Below the pieces are notes generated by a model that saw only the letters and a program-made list of their open reading frames with translations, had not been told where the DNA came from and ran no database searches. The translations under genes and the position numbers were made by a program. From positions 279 to 64,278 of the forward strand of contig CAZJPR010000003.1 in assembly GCA_964548265.1 (NCBI GenBank): 64,000 bases of DNA, read 5' to 3'. Of this stretch, positions 48,416-56,182 are shown piece by piece (positions within the stretch are counted from its first letter, which is position 1; the number at the start of each line of letters is the position of its first letter). Source of the DNA: an uncultured Candidatus Saccharibacteria bacterium (lineage in GTDB: Bacteria; Patescibacteriota; Minisyncoccia; Phycocordibacterales; Phycocordibacteraceae).

Positions 48416-49429
48416 ATGAGCCTTTCCGAACAATTTAAGATTTTTTCGGAAAGGTACCCGAAAGAAAGCACGGAGCCGTTTCGCGCTACAGACACTTCGC
48501 AAATAATTACACGCACACTCCCTGGAATCTTACGAGAACGGCTGCAACTCGGGGAAAAGTACAGAATCTACGGGTCAACGGGTCGCGGTCGGTGGGCAGA
48601 AATTCCTTGGGTCGCTATTCTTGACAAGGAAATTACTAAAAGCACAGAGGATGGGTATTACGTCGTAATTCTTTTTGATAAAGAAATAAAGAATATCTAC
48701 CTGAGCCTTGCCGTCGGATGGCATCAGTTTGAGTGGGAGTATGGAATTAGGGACTCGCGAGCGAAAATTCAAGACGCTTGTAAATATTACGCTCACGTAC
48801 TCACTACAAAACTCGAAGGATTTAAGGAGGGAACAATTACACTTGGCGCAGAAAATATTCTCGGAAAAGGATACGAAATGGGGTGTGTGTTCTCTAAGGA
48901 ATATTCCATTTCTGATATTGAGGAGCCCGTCCTCTTAAATGACATCCAACACGTCCTGTCCTCCTATCAAGAGCTGAAAGATATTGTCGGCAACAGTATT
49001 CTTAATCTTGAAATTGATTCAGTGTCAAGTTCGGATGAGCGAGTGCGTACGTTCAAAAAGAGAATTGCAGAAAAGACGCTTACCGACGACAAGCTCGCCG
49101 CACTCGCACAACTGGTGCAAGAAGCAAATGCCGCCCCGCCGCCAATACGCACAGTCTTAAAGAAGGAAATTGTAAGAAATAAAACATTTGCTGCTGTTGT
49201 TAAGCAGCGCGAGGATTTTATATGTGAAGTCTGCAAAAGACTCCCTTTCATGCAAAGAAACGGAGCCCCGTATGCCGAGGCGGACCACATCATTCCACTT
49301 GGCGGAACGGAAAGAGGGAAAGACAGCCCAGACAATATGCGCTGTTTATGCGCCCAGTGCCACGCCATTCTTACGCACGGTTCCCCCAAAGAAATTGAGC
49401 AACTGTTAAATCGGACTACTGCCCCGTAA
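48416..49429 (+). CDS. DUF3578 (McrB N-terminal-like) + HNH endonuclease; putative modification-dependent restriction enzyme
   Basis: GS.GRGRWAEIPWVAILD..IT.ST..GYYVV.LF.....IYLSL..G...YE.G, then CEVC...Y.EADHIIPL...G.D...N..CLC..CH. Confidence 0.85.
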   Translation: MSLSEQFKIFSERYPKESTEPFRATDTSQIITRTLPGILRERLQLGEKYRIYGSTGRGRWAEIPWVAILDKEITKSTEDGYYVVILFDKEIKNIYLSLAVGWHQFEWEYGIRDSRAKIQDACKYYAHVLTTKLEGFKEGTITLGAENILGKGYEMGCVFSKEYSISDIEEPVLLNDIQHVLSSYQELKDIVGNSILNLEIDSVSSSDERVRTFKKRIAEKTLTDDKLAALAQLVQEANAAPPPIRTVLKKEIVRNKTFAAVVKQREDFICEVCKRLPFMQRNGAPYAEADHIIPLGGTERGKDSPDNMRCLCAQCHAILTHGSPKEIEQLLNRTTAP

Positions 49430-51491
49430 ACCCACTCGCATTCAACGCCTGAATCGGATACTCCCAGTGCGCGTTCTGTGCATCGCGTCGTGAAGTTCCT
49501 CCACCCAACGGATTATCCTTATCTACCCAGTAGAGAATGTCGTGCACGCCGTCTTCTCCGGTGTATACACCACGCAGCGCAGGAGGGGCGTTCTCTGGAA
49601 TACCGCGCGGCTCACCAAAGAATTCTTTCGGACGCTTAGGAAGAGCGACATCCATGAACGCCCTCCACATAGGTGCGACCACGTAGCCTGCGGTCTCATG
49701 CACCATCGGGGTGTTGTCGTTGTTACCGGCCCAGACACCAACGGCAATTGAAGGTGTGTAGCCGACAGTCCATGTATCACGGTATTCGTTCGTGGTTCCG
49801 GTTTTCGCTGCAACCTCGTAGTCCGGGATGTTGAACGGGTTGTCCGGACGGTACGAAGGAATACGCGCCTGGTTGTTGGAAAGCATTGAGGAGATGTCAC
49901 GAGCGACCCCCGGATCAAGCACCGGTTCTGGATGCGCTTCGTATTCTTCAAGCACGGTGCCCTTCATGTCAGTGACCTTAAGGACGGCCACAGGAGGCAC
50001 GCGTACTCCATCGTTGGCGAAGACGCCGAAGGCGCTTGTAAGCTCGAGGAGCTTCACTTCTCCGGCTCCAAGGGCGAGCGAGAGGCCGTACTGATCGGCG
50101 TTGGTAAGGGTGCTGATACCCATCTGGCTTGCCAGCGCGATGACATTGTTGATTCCAGCCAGGTACATCGTCTTCACGGCCGGGATGTTAATGGACTGCG
50201 CGAGCGCTGTCGTGAACGTCATAGGGCCCCGGAACTTGTCATCGAAGTTTCCTGGAGCGTAGCAGGGGTACGCGGCATTGTAATTGTCTGCAGGACTGCA
50301 GGAGGTAGAGAACTGGGTAGGAAGGTCGAAGACAATGGTCTGCGGCGTGAAGCCCTTCAACAGCGCGGCTGCGTACACGAATGGTTTAAAGGAAGAGCCC
50401 GGCTGACGATTTGCGGTCACCGAGTTGTAGCTACCATCGATTTCCTCGTTGAAGTAATCGCGTGAGCCCACCATGGAAAGAATCTCCCCGGTCTTAGGGT
50501 CAATGGCCACAAGGGCGGCGTTGTTGGCATTGAATTTCTCGACGTTTGCCGCTCCGTATTCAGAGACGATGGTCTCCGCCTCGTGCTGAAGCTCAGCATC
50601 AATAGACGTGATGACCGTAAGTCCTTCCTCAACAACCTCTGGCCCATACTTCTCCTCGAGGTATTCGCGCACATAGAAGACAAAGTGTGGCGCAATAATA
50701 GAGGAGTTCGGCTGTGCGCTGAAGGTGACGACCTCGGCCTTTGCTGCTTCGTACTGCTCCTGATTAAGGAATCCAACCTTCTTCATGCGCTCGAGCACCA
50801 AATTCTTGCGTGCATCAAGCTCCTCACGATTGTTGCCGTACGGAGAATAGCGAGTGGGGGACTGCGGGAGAGCGGCCAAGTAGGCGGCCTCTCCAATGGT
50901 TACGTCCTTGGCAGACTTCCCAAAGAAGGCGCGCGAAGCGGCCTCAGCACCATATAAGGTGCCGCCGTACGGGGTGTTATTCAAATACAACTCGAGAATC
51001 TCATCCTTAGTGAAGCGCTGTTCGAGCTTCAGTGCGAGCACCCACTCGTGCACTTTGCGGATGATTGTTTTGTCTCCGGTCAAAAGCGTCATCTTCACCA
51101 CCTGCTGGGTGATGGTCGAGCCTCCTTGGCTAAAGGATCCGGTCGTAAGGTTTACCAACACTGCGCGCAGGAAAGAAATAGGGCGCACCCCCATGTGCTG
51201 GTAGAACGTGTCGTCTTCAATCGCAATAGATGCATTGCGGATGTTCTCGGAGATTGCTGAGAGCGGCACGATGTTGCGACGCACGTCAGTGTTGAGGTCG
51301 TAGAGAATGGTGTCGCCGGTGCGGTCGTAAATCTTGGTCGACTGCGTCACTTTGCGGTAGGAAAGGGAATCGAGGTCAGGCACCGGAGTAAGGGCCATGA
51401 GGATGAGGCCTGCCCCTGCAATACAGAAAAGGATGCCGGCGAAGACGAAAAGCCTGCGAGTGATGGGATGGGCGCGCTTCTTACGAGGCAT
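49416..51491 (-). CDS. Class A penicillin-binding protein (transglycosylase/transpeptidase)
   Basis: TKIYDR, IED..FY.H.G, QGGSTITQQ, RK..E, LYLN; RQPGSSFKP, QSIN, KTGTT. Confidence 0.95.
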   Translation of the reverse strand: MPRKKRAHPITRRLFVFAGILFCIAGAGLILMALTPVPDLDSLSYRKVTQSTKIYDRTGDTILYDLNTDVRRNIVPLSAISENIRNASIAIEDDTFYQHMGVRPISFLRAVLVNLTTGSFSQGGSTITQQVVKMTLLTGDKTIIRKVHEWVLALKLEQRFTKDEILELYLNNTPYGGTLYGAEAASRAFFGKSAKDVTIGEAAYLAALPQSPTRYSPYGNNREELDARKNLVLERMKKVGFLNQEQYEAAKAEVVTFSAQPNSSIIAPHFVFYVREYLEEKYGPEVVEEGLTVITSIDAELQHEAETIVSEYGAANVEKFNANNAALVAIDPKTGEILSMVGSRDYFNEEIDGSYNSVTANRQPGSSFKPFVYAAALLKGFTPQTIVFDLPTQFSTSCSPADNYNAAYPCYAPGNFDDKFRGPMTFTTALAQSINIPAVKTMYLAGINNVIALASQMGISTLTNADQYGLSLALGAGEVKLLELTSAFGVFANDGVRVPPVAVLKVTDMKGTVLEEYEAHPEPVLDPGVARDISSMLSNNQARIPSYRPDNPFNIPDYEVAAKTGTTNEYRDTWTVGYTPSIAVGVWAGNNDNTPMVHETAGYVVAPMWRAFMDVALPKRPKEFFGEPRGIPENAPPALRGVYTGEDGVHDILYWVDKDNPLGGGTSRRDAQNAHWEYPIQALNASGFTGQ

Positions 51492-51515
51492 TGGGAGAAT
51501 GCTATCACAAAAAGC

Positions 51516-51541
51516 AAAAGGCCCGCGCGGGGCGGGCCTTT
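51516..51541 (-). terminator. Terminator after acidic microprotein
   Basis: AAAAGGCCCGC-gcgg-GGCGGGCCTTT hairpin; T-tract on the minus strand. Confidence 0.75.
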
Positions 51542-51550
51542 GTGAGAGCC

Positions 51551-51670
51551 TTAGTAGGCGTCCTTTTCTTCTTCGAGTTCGTCGTCTGCCGTTTCCTCGG
51601 AGTCCTCGTCTTCATCCATGTCGTCATCGAGGTCGAGAACGTCATCATCTTTCATTGCATCGTCGTCCAT
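51551..51670 (-). CDS. 39-aa highly acidic microprotein (below ORF-track cutoff)
   Basis: MDDDAMKDDDVLDLDDDMDEDEDSEETADDELEEEKDAY*; followed 9 nt later by a terminator. Confidence 0.6.
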   Translation of the reverse strand: MDDDAMKDDDVLDLDDDMDEDEDSEETADDELEEEKDAY

Positions 51671-51757
51671 GTGCAAAAGTTACTGTTTCAAGCCTCCGCG
51701 AGCCGGGAGTGCCTCTATTTGACCAGACTTCCGCTCCTTTGCAACGGGGGACAACCT

Positions 51758-52231
51758 CTACTGGGGAAAACCGGTCGAAAGGGCCGTTATGCCTATGGCG
51801 ATGGCATCGAGCTCATCGTCCAGTCGCTTCTTGGGAGGGAGGGCTATAAGGAGGGGCAGCATCTTAGCGATGGCCGTCTTATCCGCCGCGCCGTTTCCGG
51901 TAACGGCCAGCTTTATGGTCCCAGGAGCGAACTCCTGCACCGGGACCCCGGTTCTACCAATGGCCGCAAGCACCGCTCCGCGTGCTTCAGCTACCCCCAT
52001 GGCGCTCGATTTGTTCACGCTGAAGAAAAGCTTCTCAATCGCGAGCATGTCTGGCTGATATTTGGCGAGCGCGTCTTCCACCGCCATGCGAACCTCAGAG
52101 AGACGGTCCTGGTGCGCTCCCTTGGCAGGAATCAAACAATCACTCCACACAAGCACCGGCTTGTTGCCCGTTCCTTCGACGACAGCGATGCCAAGGCGAT
52201 CGTAGCCCGGGTCAATCGCCAGTATTCTCAT
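51758..52231 (-). CDS. ruvC: Holliday junction resolvase RuvC
   Basis: RILAIDPG, AIEKLFF..N, AEARG, IK.AVTG.G.A.K, DDELDAIAI; start ATG 52231. Confidence 0.95.
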   Translation of the reverse strand: MRILAIDPGYDRLGIAVVEGTGNKPVLVWSDCLIPAKGAHQDRLSEVRMAVEDALAKYQPDMLAIEKLFFSVNKSSAMGVAEARGAVLAAIGRTGVPVQEFAPGTIKLAVTGNGAADKTAIAKMLPLLIALPPKKRLDDELDAIAIGITALSTGFPQ

Positions 52232-52769
52232 AGCCCTCGGCGTTAGTGAATACTTCTTGCACGTCCTCCTGCTCATCAAGAATAGTGAGAATCTCCTCGA
52301 GCTTACTTTCGTCTTCTGCGGCGACAGGCATCTTTGGTTCGTTCGCTGAATAACGACCATCAGGACTCTTGGTAAATGCCCACGACGCACTTCCCGGAGC
52401 ACCAAGCTCGTAGCCGTTCTTGGAGAGCAGGTGCTTTATCTCCTGCGTCGTGCGGTTCTTGCTGTCGGTAACCGCGCTCGCAATGATGGCGATACCGCCA
52501 GGGCCATAGAACTCGTACGCGACCTGTTCAAGGTCTCCAGAATCTTTTGATGCTCCCTTGGTAACTGCGCGGTCGATGTTGTCCTTAGGCATGTTGGCCG
52601 CCTTAGCTCGCGTGATGACTGCCGCGAGGCCCGGAGAGGAAACGTTCCCCCCTGCTTTCTTCGACTCAAGTGCGAGCTCGCGCGCAAAGCGAGAAAAGAC
52701 GCGGGAACGAGCAGCGTCCGTTACCCCCTTCTGGCGCTTTATCTGGGACCATTTGGAGTGTCCTGACAT
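52212..52769 (-). CDS. yebC: YebC/PmpR family protein (short form)
   Basis: MSGHSKWSQIKRQK, NMPKDNI.RA, YE.YGPGG, TD..NRT, EDVQEVFTN. Confidence 0.93.
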   Translation of the reverse strand: MSGHSKWSQIKRQKGVTDAARSRVFSRFARELALESKKAGGNVSSPGLAAVITRAKAANMPKDNIDRAVTKGASKDSGDLEQVAYEFYGPGGIAIIASAVTDSKNRTTQEIKHLLSKNGYELGAPGSASWAFTKSPDGRYSANEPKMPVAAEDESKLEEILTILDEQEDVQEVFTNAEGYENTGD

Positions 52770-52770
52770 A

Positions 52771-53766
52771 TTAGTTTGTCTCTAGGTATGCTCGCCCCTT
52801 CTCAGTAAGTACGCGCCCGCGCGAAGACCGCTCAACAAACCCAAGGCGCAATAGAAACGGCTCATACACATTCTCAAGCGTATCGGGATCTTCGTGGAGC
52901 GCAGAGGCGAGCGCACGTATGCCGGCAGGACCTCCCTTGAATCCTTTCTCAAGCGTTTCTAGGTAGCGGCGATCATCCTTGGTAAGACCCAGCGTATCAA
53001 TGCCGAACATCTGGCAGGCGAGGTCGCAGACTTCGGTGGTGATGTCTTTCTCCGCTACTTCTGCATAATCACGCACGCGCTTGAGGAGTGCGTTGGCAAC
53101 ACGCGGTGTGGCACGGCTGCGTCCCGCAATCTGCTCAATCACATTGTCAGGTGCCTTGAGACCGAGCATGCGAATAGAGCGCTTCACAATGGAACGAAGG
53201 TCTTCGTCAGAATAGAAGTCGAGCTGGTACACGCCACCACCGAAACGGGAACGCAGCGGACCTGAAATGTGTGAGACCTTGGTCGTCGCACCAACGAGCG
53301 TGAAGCGGGGAAGAGACAACTCAACCGTGCGAGCTGAAGGCCCCTTTCCAAGTACGATATCGAGCGTGCCAGACTCAAGCGCAGGATATAAAAGCTCCTC
53401 AACCTTGCTTCCGAGTTGGTGAATCTCATCTATAAAGAGGATGGAGTTCGGCTCGAGGTTCGTAAGAATTGCGGCGAGATCTCCTGCGCGCTCAATGGCG
53501 ACACCAGAGGTGCTTCGAATCGGGCGTTCAAGCGTCGCTGCCACAAGGTGAGCGAGTGTCGTCTTACCAACTCCGGGCGGGCCGTAGAACAGAAGGTGCT
53601 CGGGCATGTCGCCGCGCTTCTTTGCTGCTTCAAGCACCACTTTTACGTTGGCTTTGACGTGCCCCTGGCCCACATATTCGTCCCAAATGGTGGGCCGTAG
53701 CGCCGCATCAAGTGCTTGGTCGCGTGGGACCGCCTCTTTCTGCGGTTCTAGGGGGGTACTTGACAT
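52771..53766 (-). CDS. ruvB: Holliday junction helicase RuvB
   Basis: LRP..W.EYVGQ, GPPGVGKTTLA, FIDEIH, LYPALE, GATT, PLRSRFG, TPRVAN.LL.RVRD, EPFL; start ATG 53766. Confidence 0.97.
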   Translation of the reverse strand: MSSTPLEPQKEAVPRDQALDAALRPTIWDEYVGQGHVKANVKVVLEAAKKRGDMPEHLLFYGPPGVGKTTLAHLVAATLERPIRSTSGVAIERAGDLAAILTNLEPNSILFIDEIHQLGSKVEELLYPALESGTLDIVLGKGPSARTVELSLPRFTLVGATTKVSHISGPLRSRFGGGVYQLDFYSDEDLRSIVKRSIRMLGLKAPDNVIEQIAGRSRATPRVANALLKRVRDYAEVAEKDITTEVCDLACQMFGIDTLGLTKDDRRYLETLEKGFKGGPAGIRALASALHEDPDTLENVYEPFLLRLGFVERSSRGRVLTEKGRAYLETN

Positions 53767-53844
53767 AAAAACAGGGTATGCTAGTATCCCATTATACCTC
53801 AGTTCGGAGAGGTAGCGGAACCTTCGGGTTCTTTTTCTTTGCAA

Positions 53845-53985
53845 AAATCGTGCGCATCACCCTCTAGGCAAAGGTCTGACGGCTTAGGGCGACTCCCCAA
53901 GGATCATTTGGTTCCGCGTTCGCGCGGCTCGACTGAATGTCTCCTCAGGCGTTTCGTTCAGCCTGGAGGGTAATGCGTGTGATTT
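53845..53985 (+). ncRNA. Structured ncRNA candidate (6S-RNA-like long hairpin)
   Basis: 53845-53869 pairs with 53961-53985 (24/25 bp incl. 4 G-U, which favours the + strand); central unpaired region; apical CCGCG-UUCG-CGCGG; followed by a + strand terminator. Confidence 0.6.
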
Positions 53986-53991
53986 CCGTAC

Positions 53992-54023
53992 AACGCGCCT
54001 TTCTAGAGGGCGCGTTTTTGTTT
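53992..54023. terminator. Terminator (after ncRNA candidate / pilB2)
   Basis: AACGCGCCTT-tctag-AGGGCGCGTT-TTTGTTT. Confidence 0.75.
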
Positions 54024-55698
54024 ACCCAAGTGGAAGGTCGACGACGCGCGCGAGCTCTTCAATTGAGGTCTTGCCTTGGAGCACTTTAATGATGCCGTCT
54101 TGTGCAAGTGTGGGGTAGCCCTGGCGAAGTACGTGCTTGGCGATATCGCTTTCAGATGGGTTATCGCGCAGGAACTCACCAAGCTCATCATCCATGAAAA
54201 TAGCTTCGTGGATACCCATACGGCCTTTGTAGCCAGTGGAACCGTCTTCACCGGGGACGGCAACCCACACCGTATCCATAGAAGGAGGGATGAGGGACTT
54301 ATCAGTGAGCGTTGAGAGTACTGTTTCCATCATACGTTTCTCCTCAGCAGTCGCCGGACGCGATTTCTTGGTGGCCTCATCAAGAGTACGCACGAGGCGC
54401 TGGGCCATAGAGACAGTAACGGCAGACGCAAAGAGCTTTGGATCCACCTCAAGGTCAACGAGGCGAGGGAAGGTACCGGCAGCGTTGTTGGTGTGGAGCG
54501 TTGAGAACACAAAGTGACCGGTAAGCGCCGCCTGAATGGCGGTTTCGGCGACCTCTGCATCGCGGATTTCTCCCACCATGATGACGTCAGGATCCTGACG
54601 CAGCACGGAACGAAGGCCTGAGGCAAAGGTGTAGTCGGGGCCCACCTGCGTCTGCACGATGCCTTGCACGTGGTATTCCACCGGGTCTTCAATCGTCACA
54701 ATCTTAATCTCAGGGGAATGAATATCCCGCATGAAGGTATAGAGACTGGTCGTCTTACCGGAGCCGGTAGGACCAGTGTTGAGGAGCATGCCGGTAGGGC
54801 GGCGGATTTCTTTCTGCAAACGTGTGAGCAGCTTGTCGTTAATGCCGATATCAGTCAGCGTGCGTTGAATAGCGCGCGGATCCAGAATACGCAGCACCAC
54901 TGACTCGCCGTAGTTTCCTGGAATCACCGAACAGCGAATTTCAATCTCCATGCCGTTAACCACCACCGTGAAGCGTCCATCCTGCGCTCGGTCCGTAACG
55001 TTCAGCTTCAGGCCAGAGAGAAGTTTGATGCGAGAGTTAAGCGACCGATAGACATGGTGGTCGAAGGAGAAGATGTCGGTCAACATACCATCGAGACGCA
55101 GGCGAATGCGTGCGTCTTCTTCTTCCGGTTCGATATGGATGTCAGATGCCTTCATGACGAACGCAGCAGCAAGAATCTCCTCGAAGATTTTGGAAACCTG
55201 CGCGCCCTTCTTTTCTGCAATTGTTGCGGCAAGCCGTTCCTTAAGTGCAGCGAGGGTCGTGAGCTCTGCCGAAAGCTTTTCAAGTTCGTCACCTGAAATA
55301 TCAAAGGTGCCAGCGGTGCTTACGGTCGCAAGGGAGAGGTCCGCATAACGGGAGTAGGCCTTCTGCAGACTCTTCGGAGAAACCAAGAACTTAGAGAGAA
55401 TGAAGCCGCGCGTTTCAAGTTCGGCAAGTTCAGCTGCAAGCGCAGGATTCTTTGGGTTGTGGAGCGCCACCGATACTTGGTGGGCAATCTTTGCAAAGGC
55501 CACCACCTCTGCCGCACGAGCACGCTCTTCAGGAATAAGACGCAGTGCGTCCACATCAATGGGCACTACACCGAGATCAGTGTAGGAGAGGCCGTAACGG
55601 CCAGAGAGAACCTGCGCGAGGTCCTCTTCTTCTTTCTCTCGGATGCCAGAAAGCTTGGCGTCCTGTCCGGCATCATCAAACGTCGTGTGGCTGGCCAT
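54022..55698 (-). CDS. Second PilB/GspE-family ATPase
   Basis: ASDIHIEP, AQDGRF, GPTGSGKTTSLY, TIEDPVEY, LRQDPDVIMVGEIRD, TGHFVFSTLHTN. Confidence 0.92.
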   Translation of the reverse strand: MASHTTFDDAGQDAKLSGIREKEEEDLAQVLSGRYGLSYTDLGVVPIDVDALRLIPEERARAAEVVAFAKIAHQVSVALHNPKNPALAAELAELETRGFILSKFLVSPKSLQKAYSRYADLSLATVSTAGTFDISGDELEKLSAELTTLAALKERLAATIAEKKGAQVSKIFEEILAAAFVMKASDIHIEPEEEDARIRLRLDGMLTDIFSFDHHVYRSLNSRIKLLSGLKLNVTDRAQDGRFTVVVNGMEIEIRCSVIPGNYGESVVLRILDPRAIQRTLTDIGINDKLLTRLQKEIRRPTGMLLNTGPTGSGKTTSLYTFMRDIHSPEIKIVTIEDPVEYHVQGIVQTQVGPDYTFASGLRSVLRQDPDVIMVGEIRDAEVAETAIQAALTGHFVFSTLHTNNAAGTFPRLVDLEVDPKLFASAVTVSMAQRLVRTLDEATKKSRPATAEEKRMMETVLSTLTDKSLIPPSMDTVWVAVPGEDGSTGYKGRMGIHEAIFMDDELGEFLRDNPSESDIAKHVLRQGYPTLAQDGIIKVLQGKTSIEELARVVDLPLG

Positions 55699-55744
55699 AG
55701 TTCCTCATAGTATCGCGCGAGGGCCCTCTTGGTACAATGGGCAT

Positions 55745-56182
55745 ATGGAGAAAGTCCTCGTATCCCTTGCTGACCTTGAAATGGAAGCACGCGCCCTCGT
55801 TGGGCGTCTTTCTCCTACCCCCGGGGCCGCAACCTTGGTTACGCTCTCTGGTGAGCTTGGGGCGGGTAAGACCGCATTCACGCAAGCGGTCGCAAAGGCC
55901 TACGGCGTAGCGGAGAGCGTGACGAGCCCCACCTTCGTACTTGAGAAGGTGTACACACTTCCGCCCGAGAGTGGGTTTGCACACCTCATCCATATTGATG
56001 CGTATCGTCTTGAGAGTGCTGACGAGCTCAGGGTGCTCGGCTGGGACTCTTTGATGAGAGAAGAGGGGAATCTGGTTCTCCTTGAATGGCCGGAGAACGT
56101 AGCGGGCGCCCTTCCAACAGCAGCCACTGCGATACGCCTCACACCACGAGCAGACGGGTCTCGCCTCATGTCCTATGCCTAA
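55745..56182 (+). CDS. tsaE: tRNA threonylcarbamoyladenosine biosynthesis ATPase
   Basis: L.GELGAGKT, VTSPTF, H.DAYRL, LEWPE; start ATG 55745. Confidence 0.95.
   Translation: MEKVLVSLADLEMEARALVGRLSPTPGAATLVTLSGELGAGKTAFTQAVAKAYGVAESVTSPTFVLEKVYTLPPESGFAHLIHIDAYRLESADELRVLGWDSLMREEGNLVLLEWPENVAGALPTAATAIRLTPRADGSRLMSYA

Noticed and set aside
52212-52769. 185-aa YebC as a pseudogene
   Set aside because: Both terminal motifs are intact; an in-frame internal shortening is more consistent with a streamlined protein.
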